A stretch of DNA of 64,000 nucleotides from Ranitomeya imitator (lineage: Eukaryota): the NCBI RefSeq assembly GCF_032444005.1, contig NC_091282.1, positions 766,444,001-766,508,000 on the forward strand, given 5' to 3'. The translations under genes and the position numbers were made by a program. This document shows positions 47,257 through 58,899 of this stretch, one piece after another. The notes under the pieces were generated by a model. That model did not search any database and was not told the origin of the DNA. It saw nothing but the letters and a program-made list of their open reading frames with translations. Within the stretch, counting starts at the first letter, position 1. Every line of letters begins with the position of its first letter.

Positions 47257-47419
47257 GACTGTGTATTGTGACGAGACCGTGGACGATCAGTCTGGTATCA
47301 ACGTCCACAGACCTTCCGCCTTCGCCCATAAAGTCCTGGAGCTCAGCGGGGTCTCCTTCTTCTGGGACGAGTTTGACGCATCGGCAAGATCTTCGCCCGT
47401 GTCTTCAACATTGCACGTG
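47257..47419 (+). CDS. ATG2B: ATG2B exon 5 (TVYCDETVDDQSGINVH...SPVSSTLHV)
   Basis: 163 bp, cag/gtaaca boundaries. Confidence 0.95.
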
Positions 47420-47757
47420 GTAACATGTCTTCTGTATCGGCCTCTCACAATGTAGAAAGATGGATTATCTGTCGCTTGTTTAAAGGGGATGTCCATTTTT
47501 CAGGGTTATATTTGAAAAAAGACAAAAATGCTGTTCTGACACCCCTCCCTTCCCCCCCTTCCACAGCTGCTTTACAGTAGTGGGGTCCCTAATTATCAAC
47601 CATTGGAGTCCATGCCCTGCGTATCGGAGCGGCTGTCAGTCGGGTTCCCCTCCCCTATACAAGGGTGTCCCGATCGGCTGGCGCTCTGTAAATGACAGGT
47701 ATTGAATATTGGGCCGTCCACAGCCACTAACGCATCATATTTATGACTGTTCTTCAG

Positions 47758-47937
47758 GAAACGGAGCCAAAGCTGTCACCGAGCTGGAACCCCAAACCCG
47801 TATTTGAACCCCACCCCCAGTTCACAAGGAGTGTAACGGAAGTCGCCCCCTCTGAGCCGGTACAGATCGCCTCTCTGGTCGGCAGGATTGAGCTGGGGCT
47901 AATCCTGAAACAGAATGAAGTTCTTCCTGGAGCAAAG
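47758..47937 (+). CDS. ATG2B: ATG2B exon 6 (ETEPKLSPSWNPK...LKQNEVLPGAK)
   Basis: 180 bp, cag/gtcagt boundaries. Confidence 0.96.
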
Positions 47938-48631
47938 GTCAGTGACGATCGAAGACGAAGTTCACACTGTGTTTGGGCCACTATCTGGTGTGTACACTCT
48001 GTAAGACCATGGCGACCATGGATCACAGCCCTGACACCGGTGCACCATAGAGGCCCATTGCAAAAAAAAAACCAAAACTGTATGATCCAGCCAGAGGGGC
48101 ATAAAGACACTCCTTTTTGGCCTCCCTCTGGTAATTAGGGGTCTATGGTAATGGAAAGTAGGCGCCAGAAGAACTTTTCGTCTTATACATTCAGCTAAAT
48201 GCGCACTATCCCTAATCGAATAAAGTGACAAAAGGTGGTGGCGCACCCCCATCCGGGGCCTGACTGGTTGTGCCCTGTGGGACTTGATGGCCTGGCACCC
48301 AATGTTACAGCTGAGATCAGATGCCTCATATTCTGGCCAAATAACCCCTTACATGCCACGGTTAAAAGCGTCAGCAGCATCTCGGGTTTATAGCAGAGGG
48401 AAGGACACCAATGGCTTTTACATGGCAGCAATGGGAACTGCAATGACGTGTGTGGGTCTGTCGCTGTCCGCTATGAATGTTTGGTGGCCGTGGGATCTGG
48501 TATCAGCTGATCGCTGAGGGTCCAGGGTGTGGGACCCTCTCCAATCTTCCATCCATTAAAGATCCAAAGTCTGACGGTCTTTGGTTTTCTGTGCCGTACG
48601 GTCACTGATCGCCGCCTCTGCTTCTCTTCAG

Positions 48632-48728
48632 CTGGACGTGGACGGCCGCGTGGATTCTTTTCACGTCTTCCTTTCTCCCCGACAAGTTCACCTGCTGCTA
48701 GACATGTTGTCATCGATCGCTGGGCCAG
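48632..48728 (+). CDS. ATG2B: ATG2B exon 7 (LDVDGRVDSFHVFLSPRQVHLLLDMLSSIAGP)
   Basis: 97 bp, cag/gtaagg boundaries. Confidence 0.96.
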
Positions 48729-49786
48729 GTAAGGGTTACTTATCACCCGTGTACCGCACTCGCATTTCCAGGCTCACATCCACATTATTCCAGGCCTATC
48801 CTCTCATCGACCCTTCCGAAAAGCAGCTGTTCCTCTTTATGTGCGGGGAGCTGCCCTCACCTTAGGGGGCTGTTATCTCCTGTTAATGGGCTTCCAACTA
48901 AAATGCTGCATCAGTAGGAGTGTTAATCTAAATCTGTGTAATATTATATGATGCATCAACGCTCGTATCGTCGCAAGCTGCTGCTAATCCTTCATGCTAA
49001 CATGTAATATCACTGAATACGTCAGGGGTCTGCAACCTGCAGCACTCCAGCGATTTCAAAACTACAACTTTGCGCTGTCAGGACATGCTGGGAGCTGTAG
49101 TTTTACAACAGCTGGAGTCCCAGAGGTTACAGGTCCCTGTTATACATACGCCAGAAAATCTGAGAGATTTGCTTTTAAAAAGGGTTTCTTTAGCCAAATT
49201 GTATGTACTGTTTTGCAGCAGTTGCACTTTACGGCTGTTCCGTAACAGATGGTGTAAATCCATTTGAAAGCTCAACATAGAATTCTCAATGATGTTTGTT
49301 AATTTGATCAACTTTCCAACCTATGTTTCCCATACATTTCTATATGAGGAAGAGTATCAAAAAGGATAGTGTATTACTGCAGCACTTAATTTCCTCCCTG
49401 CTGACGTGAGATTGGTGTAGTTAGAAGCTGGTCTCCTGGGTATTTATTAGGTAATGCAGGCCTGTGATTACAGCAGCATCGGCACTGTTCTGCTTTGTGA
49501 GTCTTATAACAGGAGGAGAGGAAGGAGTGAGCAGTGTAATGAGGTACCGGCTTCATATCATACCATGGAGACATCCTCAGGGATTGCTGGACATTGTAGT
49601 TTCCTAACTTAAACCAGGGATTCAAGCTTCAGGAGGCTAATTTGCATATTCCAGGTGCCTTCTGGGAGAAGCGAAGTCTCCCTAAGCTAGAATATTTGCC
49701 TGTAGGACATTATTGCAAGAGAGCTTGGCTGAGTAGATTACACAAGAAGGAAAACACACAGCAAGTCAGCAGGATCTAGAAGCAAC

Positions 49787-50740
49787 ATGGCAGATGTGAC
49801 AACCTACATGGTGAGCTGCAGCATGTGCTACATGTTCACAGATCGACCAGAAGAAGAATCCAATTTCACCTGTCAGAAGTGTAGACTAGTGGCCCTTTTA
49901 GAAGAAAAGGTGCGGGGTCTGGAAGAAAGAATAGCAACTTTGAAACTCATCAAAGAGAATGAAGACTTTCTAGACAGAACAGAAGCATCTCTACTGGTCA
50001 CAGAAGGTGCAAAAAGTGTCAGAGAACCTCCAAAAGCAGATGAGTGGAAGCATGTGACCAAAAGAAGCAAGAAGACCATGGAGAAATCACCAACCACACA
50101 ACTGAAGAACCGATATCAAATCTTTGTAGAGGATGAAGATGGCACACCTAAGAATGAAGCAATACCAGCAAGCAAAAAAGAAAAGGGCACACAGCAACAA
50201 GTGACAGCAAAAAGTACAGCCAAGAAGCAACGAAGAGTGGTGGTGGTGGGAGACTCACTACTGAGAGGCACAGAAGCAGCCATCTGCAGACCGGACATAA
50301 CTGCAAGAGAAGTATGCTGCCTTCCAGGTGCGATGATCAAGGATGTGACCGATAGGATACCAAAGCTCTTCAGCTCCAAGGACGTCCACCCATTTCTTCT
50401 GATACATGTTGGCACCAATGACACGGCAAGGAAGGACCTACCGACAATCTGCAAGGACTTTGAAGAGTTGGGGAAGAAAGTAAAAGAACTGGATGCACAG
50501 GTAGTTTTTTCTTCTATCCTTCCAGTAGACGGGCATGGCACCAGGAGATGGAACAGGATCCTTGATGCAAACAACTGGCTAAGACAATGGTGCAGACAAC
50601 AAGGATTTGGATTCCTGGACCACGGTGTGAATTACTGGTATGATGGACTCCTCGCCAGAGACGGACTACACCTCAACAAACCTGGGAAACACACATTCGC
50701 CAGAAGACTCGCTACACTCATCAGGAGGGCGTTAAACTAG
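49787..50740 (+). CDS. CR1 ORF1: C4 zinc finger, coiled coil and SGNH/GDSL esterase
   Basis: CSMC..CQKC; esterase blocks GDSL, PGA, GTND and DGLH. Confidence 0.93.
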   Translation: MADVTTYMVSCSMCYMFTDRPEEESNFTCQKCRLVALLEEKVRGLEERIATLKLIKENEDFLDRTEASLLVTEGAKSVREPPKADEWKHVTKRSKKTMEKSPTTQLKNRYQIFVEDEDGTPKNEAIPASKKEKGTQQQVTAKSTAKKQRRVVVVGDSLLRGTEAAICRPDITAREVCCLPGAMIKDVTDRIPKLFSSKDVHPFLLIHVGTNDTARKDLPTICKDFEELGKKVKELDAQVVFSSILPVDGHGTRRWNRILDANNWLRQWCRQQGFGFLDHGVNYWYDGLLARDGLHLNKPGKHTFARRLATLIRRALN

Positions 50741-50877
50741 AAGAAGAGGGGACGGGAAGAAAAACATTAGACTCGAACAAAGACGACCCAGGAAAACATA
50801 CTCAGAAGGGAGGTAAGAACATTTCTAAAACAATCCACAGTGAGGAGATTGGAACAAAACAAAATCCTCTAAACTGC

Positions 50878-53697
50878 ATGCTCGCAAACGCCAGAAGCCT
50901 GACAAACAAGATGGAAGAACTAGAAGCAGAAATATCTACAGGTAACTTTGACATAGTGGGAATAACCGAGACATGGTTAGATGAAAGCTATGACTGGGCA
51001 GTTAACTTACAGGGTTACAGTCTGTTTAGAAAGGATCGTAAAAATCGGAGAGGAGGAGGGGTTTGTCTCTATGTAAAGTCTTGTCTAAAGTCCACTTTAA
51101 GGGAGGATATTAGCGAAGGGAATGAGGATGTCGAGTCCATATGGGTTGAAATTCATGGAGGGAAAAATGGTAACAAAATTCTCATTGGGGTCTGTTACAA
51201 ACCCCCAAATATAACAGAAACCATGGAAAGTCTACTTCTAAAGCAGATAGATGAAGCTGCAACCCATAATGAGGTCCTGGTTATGGGGGACTTTAACTAC
51301 CCGGATATTAACTGGGAAACAGAAACCTGTGAAACCCATAAAGGCAACAGGTTTCTGCTAATAACCAAGAAAAATTATCTTTCACAATTGGTGCAGAATC
51401 CAACCAGAGGAGCAGCACTTTTAGACCTAATACTATCTAATAGACCTGACAGAATAACAAATCTGCAGGTGGTCGGGCATCTAGGAAACAGCGACCACAA
51501 TATTGTGCAGTTTCACCTGTCTTTCACTAGGGGGACTTGTCAGGGAGTCACAAAAACATTGAACTTTAGGAAGGCAAAGTTTGACCAGCTTAGAGATGCC
51601 CTTAATCTGGTAGACTGGGACAATATCCTCAGAAATAAGAATACAGATAATAAATGGGAAATGTTTAAGAACATCCTAAATAGGCAGTGTAAGCGGTTTA
51701 TACCTTGTGGGAATAAAAGGACTAGAAATAGGAAAAACCCAATGTGGCTAAACAAAGAAGTAAGACAGGCAATTAACAGTAAAAAGAAAGCATTTGCACT
51801 ACTAAAGCAGGATGGCACCATTGAAGCTCTAAAAAACTATAGGGAGAAAAATACTTTATCTAAAAAACTAATTAAAGCTGCCAAAAAGGAAACAGAGAAG
51901 CACATTGCTAAGGAGAGTAAAACTAATCCCAAACTGTTCTTCAACTATATCAATAGTAAAAGAATAAAAACTGAAAATGTAGGCCCCTTAAAAAATAGTG
52001 AGGAAAGAATGGTTGTAGATGACGAGGAAAAAGCTAACATATTAAACACCTTCTTCTCCACGGTATTCACGGTGGAAAATGAAATGCTAGGTGAAATCCC
52101 AAGAAACAATGAAAACCCTATATTAAGGGTCACCAATCTAACCCAAGAAGAGGTGCGAAACCGGCTAAATAAGATTAAAATAGATAAATCTCCGGGTCCG
52201 GATGGCATACACCCACGAGTACTAAGAGAACTAAGTAATGTAATAGATAAACCATTATTTCTTATTTTTAGTGACTCTATAGCGACAGGGTCTGTTCCGC
52301 AGGACTGGCGCATAGCAAATGTGGTGCCAATATTCAAAAAGGGCTCTAAAAGTGAACCTGGAAATTATAGGCCAGTAAGTCTAACCTCTATTGTTGGTAA
52401 AATATTTGAAGGGTTTCTGAGGGATGTTATTCTGGATTATCTCAATGAGAATAACTGTTTAACTCCATATCAGCATGGGTTTATGAGAAATCGCTCCTGT
52501 CAAACCAATCTAATCAGTTTTTATGAAGAGGTAAGCTATAGACTGGACCACGGTGAGTCATTGGACGTGGTATATCTTGATTTTTCCAAAGCGTTTGATA
52601 CCGTGCCGCACAAGAGGTTGGTACACAAAATGAGAATGCTTGGTCTGGGGGAAAATGTGTGTAAATGGGTTAGTAACTGGCTTAGTGATAGAAAGCAGAG
52701 GGTGGTTATAAATGGTATAGTCTCTAACTGGGTCGCTGTGGCCAGTGGGGTACCGCAGGGGTCAGTATTGGGACCTGTTCTCTTCAACATATTTATTAAT
52801 GATCTGGTAGAAGGTTTACACAGTAAAATATCGATATTTGCAGATGATACAAAACTATGTAAAGCAGTTAATACAAGAGAAGATAGTATTCTGCTACAGA
52901 TGGATCTGGATAAGTTGGAAACTTGGGCTGAAAGGTGGCAGATGAGGTTTAACAATGATAAATGTAAGGTTATACACATGGGAAGAGGGAATCAATATCA
53001 CCATTACACACTGAACGGGAAACCACTGGGTAAATCTGACAGGGAGAAGGACTTGGGGATCCTAGTTAATGATAAACTTACCTGGAGCAGCCAGTGCCAG
53101 GCAGCAGCTGCCATGGCAAACAGGATCATGGGGTGCATTAAAAGAGGTCTGGATACACATGATGAGAGCATTATACTGCCTCTGTACAAATCCCTAGTTA
53201 GACCGCACATGGAGTACTGTGTCCAGTTTTGGGCACCGGTGCTCAGGAAGGATATAATGGAACTAGAGAGAGTACAAAGGAGGGCAACAAAATTAATAAA
53301 GGGGATGGGAGAACTACAATACCCAGATAGATTAGCGAAATTAGGATTATTTAGTCTAGAAAAAAGACGACTGAGGGGCGATCTAATAACCATGTATAAG
53401 TATATAAGGGGACAATACAAATATCTCGCTGAGGATCTGTTTATACCAAGGAAGGTGACGGGCACAAGGGGGCATTCTTTGCGTCTGGAGGAGAGAAGGT
53501 TTTTCCACCAACATAGAAGAGGATTCTTTACTGTTAGGGCAGTGAGAATCTGGAATTGCTTGCCTGAGGAGGTGGTGATGGCGAACTCAGTCGAAGGGGT
53601 TCAAGAGAGGCCTGGATGTCTTCCTGGAGCAGAACAATATTGTATCATACAATTATTAGGTTCTGTAGAAGGACGTAGATCTGGGTATTTATTATGA
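50878..53697 (+). CDS. CR1 ORF2: APE endonuclease and reverse transcriptase; probable 1-nt frameshift near 53595
   Basis: GITETW, GDFN, SDH, YRPVSLTS, DFSKAFD, GVPQGSVLGP and FADDT. The natural C-terminus (FKRGLDVFLEQ...) appears in a shifted frame. Confidence 0.95.
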   Translation: MLANARSLTNKMEELEAEISTGNFDIVGITETWLDESYDWAVNLQGYSLFRKDRKNRRGGGVCLYVKSCLKSTLREDISEGNEDVESIWVEIHGGKNGNKILIGVCYKPPNITETMESLLLKQIDEAATHNEVLVMGDFNYPDINWETETCETHKGNRFLLITKKNYLSQLVQNPTRGAALLDLILSNRPDRITNLQVVGHLGNSDHNIVQFHLSFTRGTCQGVTKTLNFRKAKFDQLRDALNLVDWDNILRNKNTDNKWEMFKNILNRQCKRFIPCGNKRTRNRKNPMWLNKEVRQAINSKKKAFALLKQDGTIEALKNYREKNTLSKKLIKAAKKETEKHIAKESKTNPKLFFNYINSKRIKTENVGPLKNSEERMVVDDEEKANILNTFFSTVFTVENEMLGEIPRNNENPILRVTNLTQEEVRNRLNKIKIDKSPGPDGIHPRVLRELSNVIDKPLFLIFSDSIATGSVPQDWRIANVVPIFKKGSKSEPGNYRPVSLTSIVGKIFEGFLRDVILDYLNENNCLTPYQHGFMRNRSCQTNLISFYEEVSYRLDHGESLDVVYLDFSKAFDTVPHKRLVHKMRMLGLGENVCKWVSNWLSDRKQRVVINGIVSNWVAVASGVPQGSVLGPVLFNIFINDLVEGLHSKISIFADDTKLCKAVNTREDSILLQMDLDKLETWAERWQMRFNNDKCKVIHMGRGNQYHHYTLNGKPLGKSDREKDLGILVNDKLTWSSQCQAAAAMANRIMGCIKRGLDTHDESIILPLYKSLVRPHMEYCVQFWAPVLRKDIMELERVQRRATKLIKGMGELQYPDRLAKLGLFSLEKRRLRGDLITMYKYIRGQYKYLAEDLFIPRKVTGTRGHSLRLEERRFFHQHRRGFFTVRAVRIWNCLPEEVVMANSVEGVQERPGCLPGAEQYCIIQLLGSVEGRRSGYLL

Positions 53698-53903
53698 TGG
53701 AATATAGGCTGAACTGGATGGACAAATGTCTTTTTTCGGCCTTACTAACTATGTTACTATGTTACTATGTTAACTTCCTCCCTGCTCACGTGAGCCATTA
53801 ATAGATTGATGTAGTCAGAGATAGATAGCTGACGTAATGTGAATGTCTTATCTATAGAAGCTGGTCTTATTGGTATAGTCTAGCTAGTAAAGTCATGTTC
53901 TTG

Positions 53904-54186
53904 GGCTACGTTCACATTTGCGTTGTTGTGTGCTGCGTCGGCGACTCAACGCACGCAAAAAACGCATGCAAAACGCTGCATTTTGTGACGCATGCGTTCA
54001 TTTTTATAGCGCAAAAAATATGCAACAAGCAGCGTCTTCTGCGCCCTAACGCTTGCGCCCAAAAAACGCATGCGTCACAAAACGCAACACAACGCATGTC
54101 CATGTGCCCCCCATGTTAAATATAAGGGCGCGCTGCGCATGCGTCGCCGCAGTTGCGCCCGACGCACCGCAAATGTGAACGTAGCC
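53904..54186. mobile_element. PIF/Harbinger-type MITE, same family as the one in DIRS-B pol
   Basis: TIR GGCTACGTTCACATTTGCG. Confidence 0.85.
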
Positions 54187-54408
54187 TAACAGCAGCATCA
54201 GCACTGCTCTATAATGTGAGGTATAACCAGAGGAAAGGGAGCAGTGATGGGTAATAACATCATATTATACCAAGGGATTGCCGGTCACTGTGGTTTCTTT
54301 ACTTCCTCCCTGCTGATGTGAGCCACATATAGAGAGCGACTACCTATTACCTCCCCACTATACGGGCCGTTACTATAACACTTATTCGTCCCACTTTACT
54401 GTTCCCAG

Positions 54409-54591
54409 AAACCTCCAGCCGATTGGGCATGTCCAGAAAAGACCGGAAGAGTCGCCCAATGCAACAAGAAGATGAGATGCGTCTTCAGATGGAGCTGAAA
54501 CGTTATCTGAGGAAGGAAGACCTGTCCGGAGGGGCTTCCGCCGATCACAGCTTTTATGAAACGGACACCGCAAAGACCCCTTCTAGCCACG
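54409..54591 (+). CDS. ATG2B: ATG2B exon 8 (TSSRLGMSRKDRKSRPMQQEDE...KTPSSH)
   Basis: 183 bp, cag/gtatgg boundaries. Confidence 0.95.
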
Positions 54592-54674
54592 GTATGGAAA
54601 CCGGCACCCCCCTGTGTATCTGGAGCATATGTTGTGTGCAAGTGTTGTCATTTTTTTTTTTTTTTCCCATCTAG

Positions 54675-54829
54675 ATGAAGAAGTGTTCTTCTCGATGGCA
54701 GATATGGACATGTCACACAGCCTCTCCTCCCTCCCACCCCTCGGAGATCCACCCACTGTGGATTTGGACCTGTCGTTGAATAGCACTTATAACAATTCTC
54801 CTGTTGGGTCACCACTAGGGGGCGCTGCG
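54675..54829 (+). CDS. ATG2B: ATG2B exon 9 (EEVFFSMADMDMSHSLSSLPPLGDPP...GGAA)
   Basis: 155 bp, tag/gtaggt boundaries. Confidence 0.96.
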
Positions 54830-54994
54830 GTAGGTACCGTCCATCTTGCTCCAATACAAACACTTCCTTGTATTACCAAGTTTTGCAAAATGGGACACCA
54901 CAACAAAAGCAAAACTGATAATATCTGTGTAAGGCATAAACGCCAACCTCTGATTTACCAGTCGGCCTTATTACAATGTTTGTTTTATTTTCAG

Positions 54995-55097
54995 GCAGCA
55001 TGGAGTGACTACCAGGACCACGGTAGATCCGAAGAGCCCGTAGTACAAGGAGCTTCATTCAAACCCAGCGTGCACCAAAATTCCCTTAGAAGAACCT
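54995..55097 (+). CDS. ATG2B: ATG2B exon 10 (AAWSDYQDHGRSEE...HQNSLRRT)
   Basis: 103 bp, cag/gtaagt; phases fit both neighbouring exons. Confidence 0.92.
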
Positions 55098-56332
55098 GTA
55101 AGTTATAGAAAATATTAAAGTATTCTTAAAAAAAAGCTTGAGTGCATCCTTTTTTTTTTTTTTTTTTAAATCCTTAAAAAGGATCTGTACTTTTTAACAA
55201 ACTATCCATTAATATGTAGTCTAGGTGAATAGAAAAAACTTTGTAATATATCTTTATATAACAAAACAGCTTCTTTCTCCACTTATGAGACTTTTTACTC
55301 TTTGTTCTGCTTCCTGAACTCTCCTTCCACCCCCTATTATACATTATGGAGTACCATAGTGAGCAAAGTGGGCATAAGGATAAACAGAAAGATCATGCTG
55401 AGCTTTCTAACAAGTCTTTTACACCCCTACCTGAGCTGGATTCACAGTTACACTGCTCAGTAGTGCTGTAAAATGTCATTTGTGCTGCTGCTTCTCTGTG
55501 TGCTAAAAAAAGGGAATGAAGTGGGAGTCCCTCTTTTTGGGAGACCTCGTTAGACCTAGTCTTTTCCCACTCGGCTCATAGTCAAATACAAATTAGATAT
55601 GGAGTCTGCATAGGGAGAAAGTGGTGGAGATGCAGAATACAAGTTATATCATGGTATATAGTAGTTCCTCCTGTGCCCAAATGGGACCGGTTATTCTGAA
55701 AAATTGTATGGAAGTATAGTTCCCCTTTAAACACATGCATTTTTGCAATAGTTTAATTAAAAATGTTGTCTCTTTTCGGAGGCCTAATGAGTGATCAGTG
55801 GGGGTCTTGGGACATGGACCACCGCCTATCTGCAACCAATTCAATTCCCTTCCAAATGTGAAAAAAAGAGATTGATCGAGGTTGCTGATATAAAGTAAAT
55901 ATCTAACAACAAGTTTTTTTAGAATTCCCAAGTAATAGTTATTCTCTGTCCATAGGGTAGGGGATAAATTACTGATCTCTTGGAGATCGAGGCACCGAGA
56001 CCCCAGAAATGTGTCTCAGCAGGGTATATGGATAGAGAATAAGTAGTTTTTTTTTTTTTTGTTTTTTTTTGAGGGGTGGAGGAGGAACGCTTCCAAAGCT
56101 GAACATGTGTCTGTTAAAGGACCTTACTAGGTAATGAAGTCCTGTGATCACAGCAGCATCAGCACTGATTCATGTATGTGCTGGGAGGTAGAAGTCACAA
56201 TATAAGGAAATGGAGGAGAGCACAGCATAAGGAGTTAACTGCCTCCTATGATAGCAAGGAGACCTCCTAACCCAGAGTACAGTATCCTGGATATGTTTTC
56301 TTGGCTGTCCATATAATATATTTGTATTGCAG

Positions 56333-56594
56333 CACTGCCCAATCGATCGGTCTCGGTGGACGACTCCCGGCCTGAGCTGGTGTTCAGACTTGCTTTGGGC
56401 TCGTTGTCTTTCTCTGTCCTGCACATCGACCCTCTGCCTCCGACGGCGAGCACGTCCAGCCCCAATCCGCTCACCCCTCTGTCTCTGAGCTTCTTCACCC
56501 GCATTGAGACGTTGGATCCGCAGACCTTTGCACAAAACGACTTTAGCCTTTTCCGGAGTGTTTTTGCAGAAGCGTGCAGGCACGACCACCTCAG
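56333..56594 (+). CDS. ATG2B: ATG2B exon 11 (LPNRSVSVDDSRPELVFRL...EACRHDHL)
   Basis: 262 bp, cag/gtatga boundaries. Confidence 0.96.
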
Positions 56595-56733
56595 GTATGA
56601 AGTGTACCGGGAGGAGCGAGCACTCTCATTCAGTGCCGCTCTCATATTCTGACCGGCTCACGTAGAATATGGAAAAGGTTTGTTTGTATCCTATAATGTC
56701 AGACTTTCCTAATTTGCACGTTTTTCTTACCAG

Positions 56734-56884
56734 GTTCATTGGGACACAAATAAAGATCTCCCACGAGCAGCGGCAGCGGTCCGGCTCTCGCTGTTACAGC
56801 ACGGACGTGCGCATCGGTCAGACGGAGCTCCTGGAGTGTCTCTTCCCCAGTGATTCGCAGTCCGCTCCTCCTCAGTACACAGAG
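56734..56884 (+). CDS. ATG2B: ATG2B exon 12 (FIGTQIKISHEQRQRSG...PPQYTE)
   Basis: 151 bp, cag/gtaaag boundaries. Confidence 0.96.
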
Positions 56885-57191
56885 GTAAAGACTCCTTATA
56901 GCAGTGCCATATTACACTTGTGTAGCATCCTCGCCTACGGGGAGGAATACTACTCCTATTATGCATCTATGGTCATATAACACGGACGATGATTGCATCA
57001 GCATGCACGGACTGGCCGGCGGCTCCCCTGACCCGAGCAAGACGCTGCATGACCATGCATATGTTGCCCTCGGGTGAGGAGAGCCGCCGGCCGGTCCGTG
57101 CATGCTGATGCAATCATCGTCCATGTTATACGGCCGTCTATAACGGAGGGTCTAAAAACATTGATTCTTAGTTGTCCACTTTGGGTGATGG

Positions 57192-57222
<31 letters not shown>

Positions 57223-58349
57223 GCTTTATTGCATGGAGTTGGGGACAAAATCATTTTTGCATTTGGGTTTCATTAAAAATTTTGCTTTGCTTGGTTTTTA
57301 CAGTCTTATCTATTTTTTTGTTTTCCTCCTACACATTCAATTTTGTATGTGGCCTGAGTTCAAAAATCCGAGCTGAGAGAAGCAAGGAAAAAGAGAGAAG
57401 AGTTGCACGCTCTCCCATTAAACGGTCAGAACGAGCTCACTGATGGATCCTCAGAGAACTCACTCTGCAGCCAGCATTAAACAGTGCAACATAAAGACTA
57501 TTGAAGGCAATTGGGGCAACATTTTGGATGAAACCCAACTACAAAAAATGATTTTTCAGCCAAAATACGTTAATGTGAAAAAAACAAAAAAAATTTACCC
57601 CACTGCTGCATTTCACAGTAAACCTAATTTAAAAAAAAAAAAACAAACGTCTGGGGATCATGCATCTTGGGTGGTTAGTCTGATGGAGGTCCCATTCTGG
57701 CTTCTTCCCGGCCCACTTCCCCATATGTGTGCTTGGGTAGGTGCTTCACCCTAGAAACTCCGCCAGACAGACTGAGATTCATTCTCCTCGTGGTTCGGGC
57801 AGCATGAGTCTTATCTCTGGTTCCCTTCATCTTCGCTTTTTGGGAAATCAACATACAGCTATCCGACTGCTGGGAAAACTACAACTCCCATCATGTCTTG
57901 CCATTCAGTTTAGATGCATGTATGGCCCTCATAAAGAATGTCATAAAGATGCGCCAATATCGTTACTTTTACATTCACCGCACCTCCCCTCCCCCCCCCC
58001 TGCAAAAAAAAAAAAATGCTACCAATGATAATTGCCTCACAATGAACGCCCTAAAAATGAATCCCAAAAAACCATGGCAGCATATTATGGGCTTATAGAC
58101 CCCGGGAGCTCAGATACACCATACAAGCACATAACAACGGCCTTTCTGCATCTAAATGTAAGTCATGGGCCTTTCTATTCACGGACAGCAAGCGGAGATC
58201 TAGGAAACACAAATCTATTAGGGTTCCAGTAGTTTTTATTCTGATCACTTGCACAGCTCCATATCTCCCCAGTATCGGGTAGGAACAGCTGCTAGAATTC
58301 ACTTTTATTCAGCTCTCAATGTATTTGTTTATTGGCTTTTTTTTTTTTT

Positions 58350-58372
58350 GTATGTTCTCCCCGTGTTTGCGT

Positions 58373-58403
<31 letters not shown>

Positions 58404-58530
58404 ACATTCCAAAGACATACTGATAGGGATTTTAGATTGTGAGCCCCATCGGGGACAGCGATGATAATGTGTGCAAACTGTAAAGCGCTGTGGAATAGGT
58501 TAGCGCTATATAAAAATAAAGAGGATGATT
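58350..58530 (+). mobile_element. V-SINE-like SINE fragment with an L2-like tail
   Basis: TGTTCTCCCCGTGTTTGCGTGGGTTTCCTCCGGGCACTCCGGTTTCCTCCCACA core, then TGTAAAGCGCTG...GCGCTATATAAAAATAAA. Confidence 0.75.
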
Positions 58531-58573
58531 ATTTTATTTTTATTTATTTATTTTTGCCTTTGTTTTTTTACAG

Positions 58574-58666
58574 CTGCTAAAATTTACCCCAAATTCAGAT
58601 CCGGACCATCGGTCGTCACCATGTGTCCACTTGCGCTACAAGCATTCTGAGAACCGGGGGGCACAG
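58574..58666 (+). CDS. ATG2B: ATG2B exon 13 (LLKFTPNSDPDHRSSPCVHLRYKHSENRGAQ)
   Basis: 93 bp, cag/gtgagg; YKHSENRG is conserved. Confidence 0.93.
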
Positions 58667-58899
58667 GTGAGGGTGATGCTTGGTTTTTGGTGGATTCTCA
58701 CAGGTTGTCCAAAACCTCATGGATAATGGAAAACCTCTACATACGGCATCTTTGCTTCTGAGCTATCGGGGGCTTCACCCATTATGACCAGAGCACTATC
58801 ATATTAATTATACTCTATTTGGAGAGCAATATGTTCCCCCTCATCTGCCTTTAGGAGCTTTTCTCACCTCCCATCCTGCATCCATACATTTGTGGGGTC

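Larger units (their letters stand above)
49611..53770 (+). mobile_element. Full-length CR1 LINE (about 4.16 kb) in ATG2B intron 7
   Basis: 5' UTR, ORF1, ORF2 and (ACTATGTT)n tail; candidate TSD TAACTT at 49605-49610 and 53771-53776. Confidence 0.95.
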
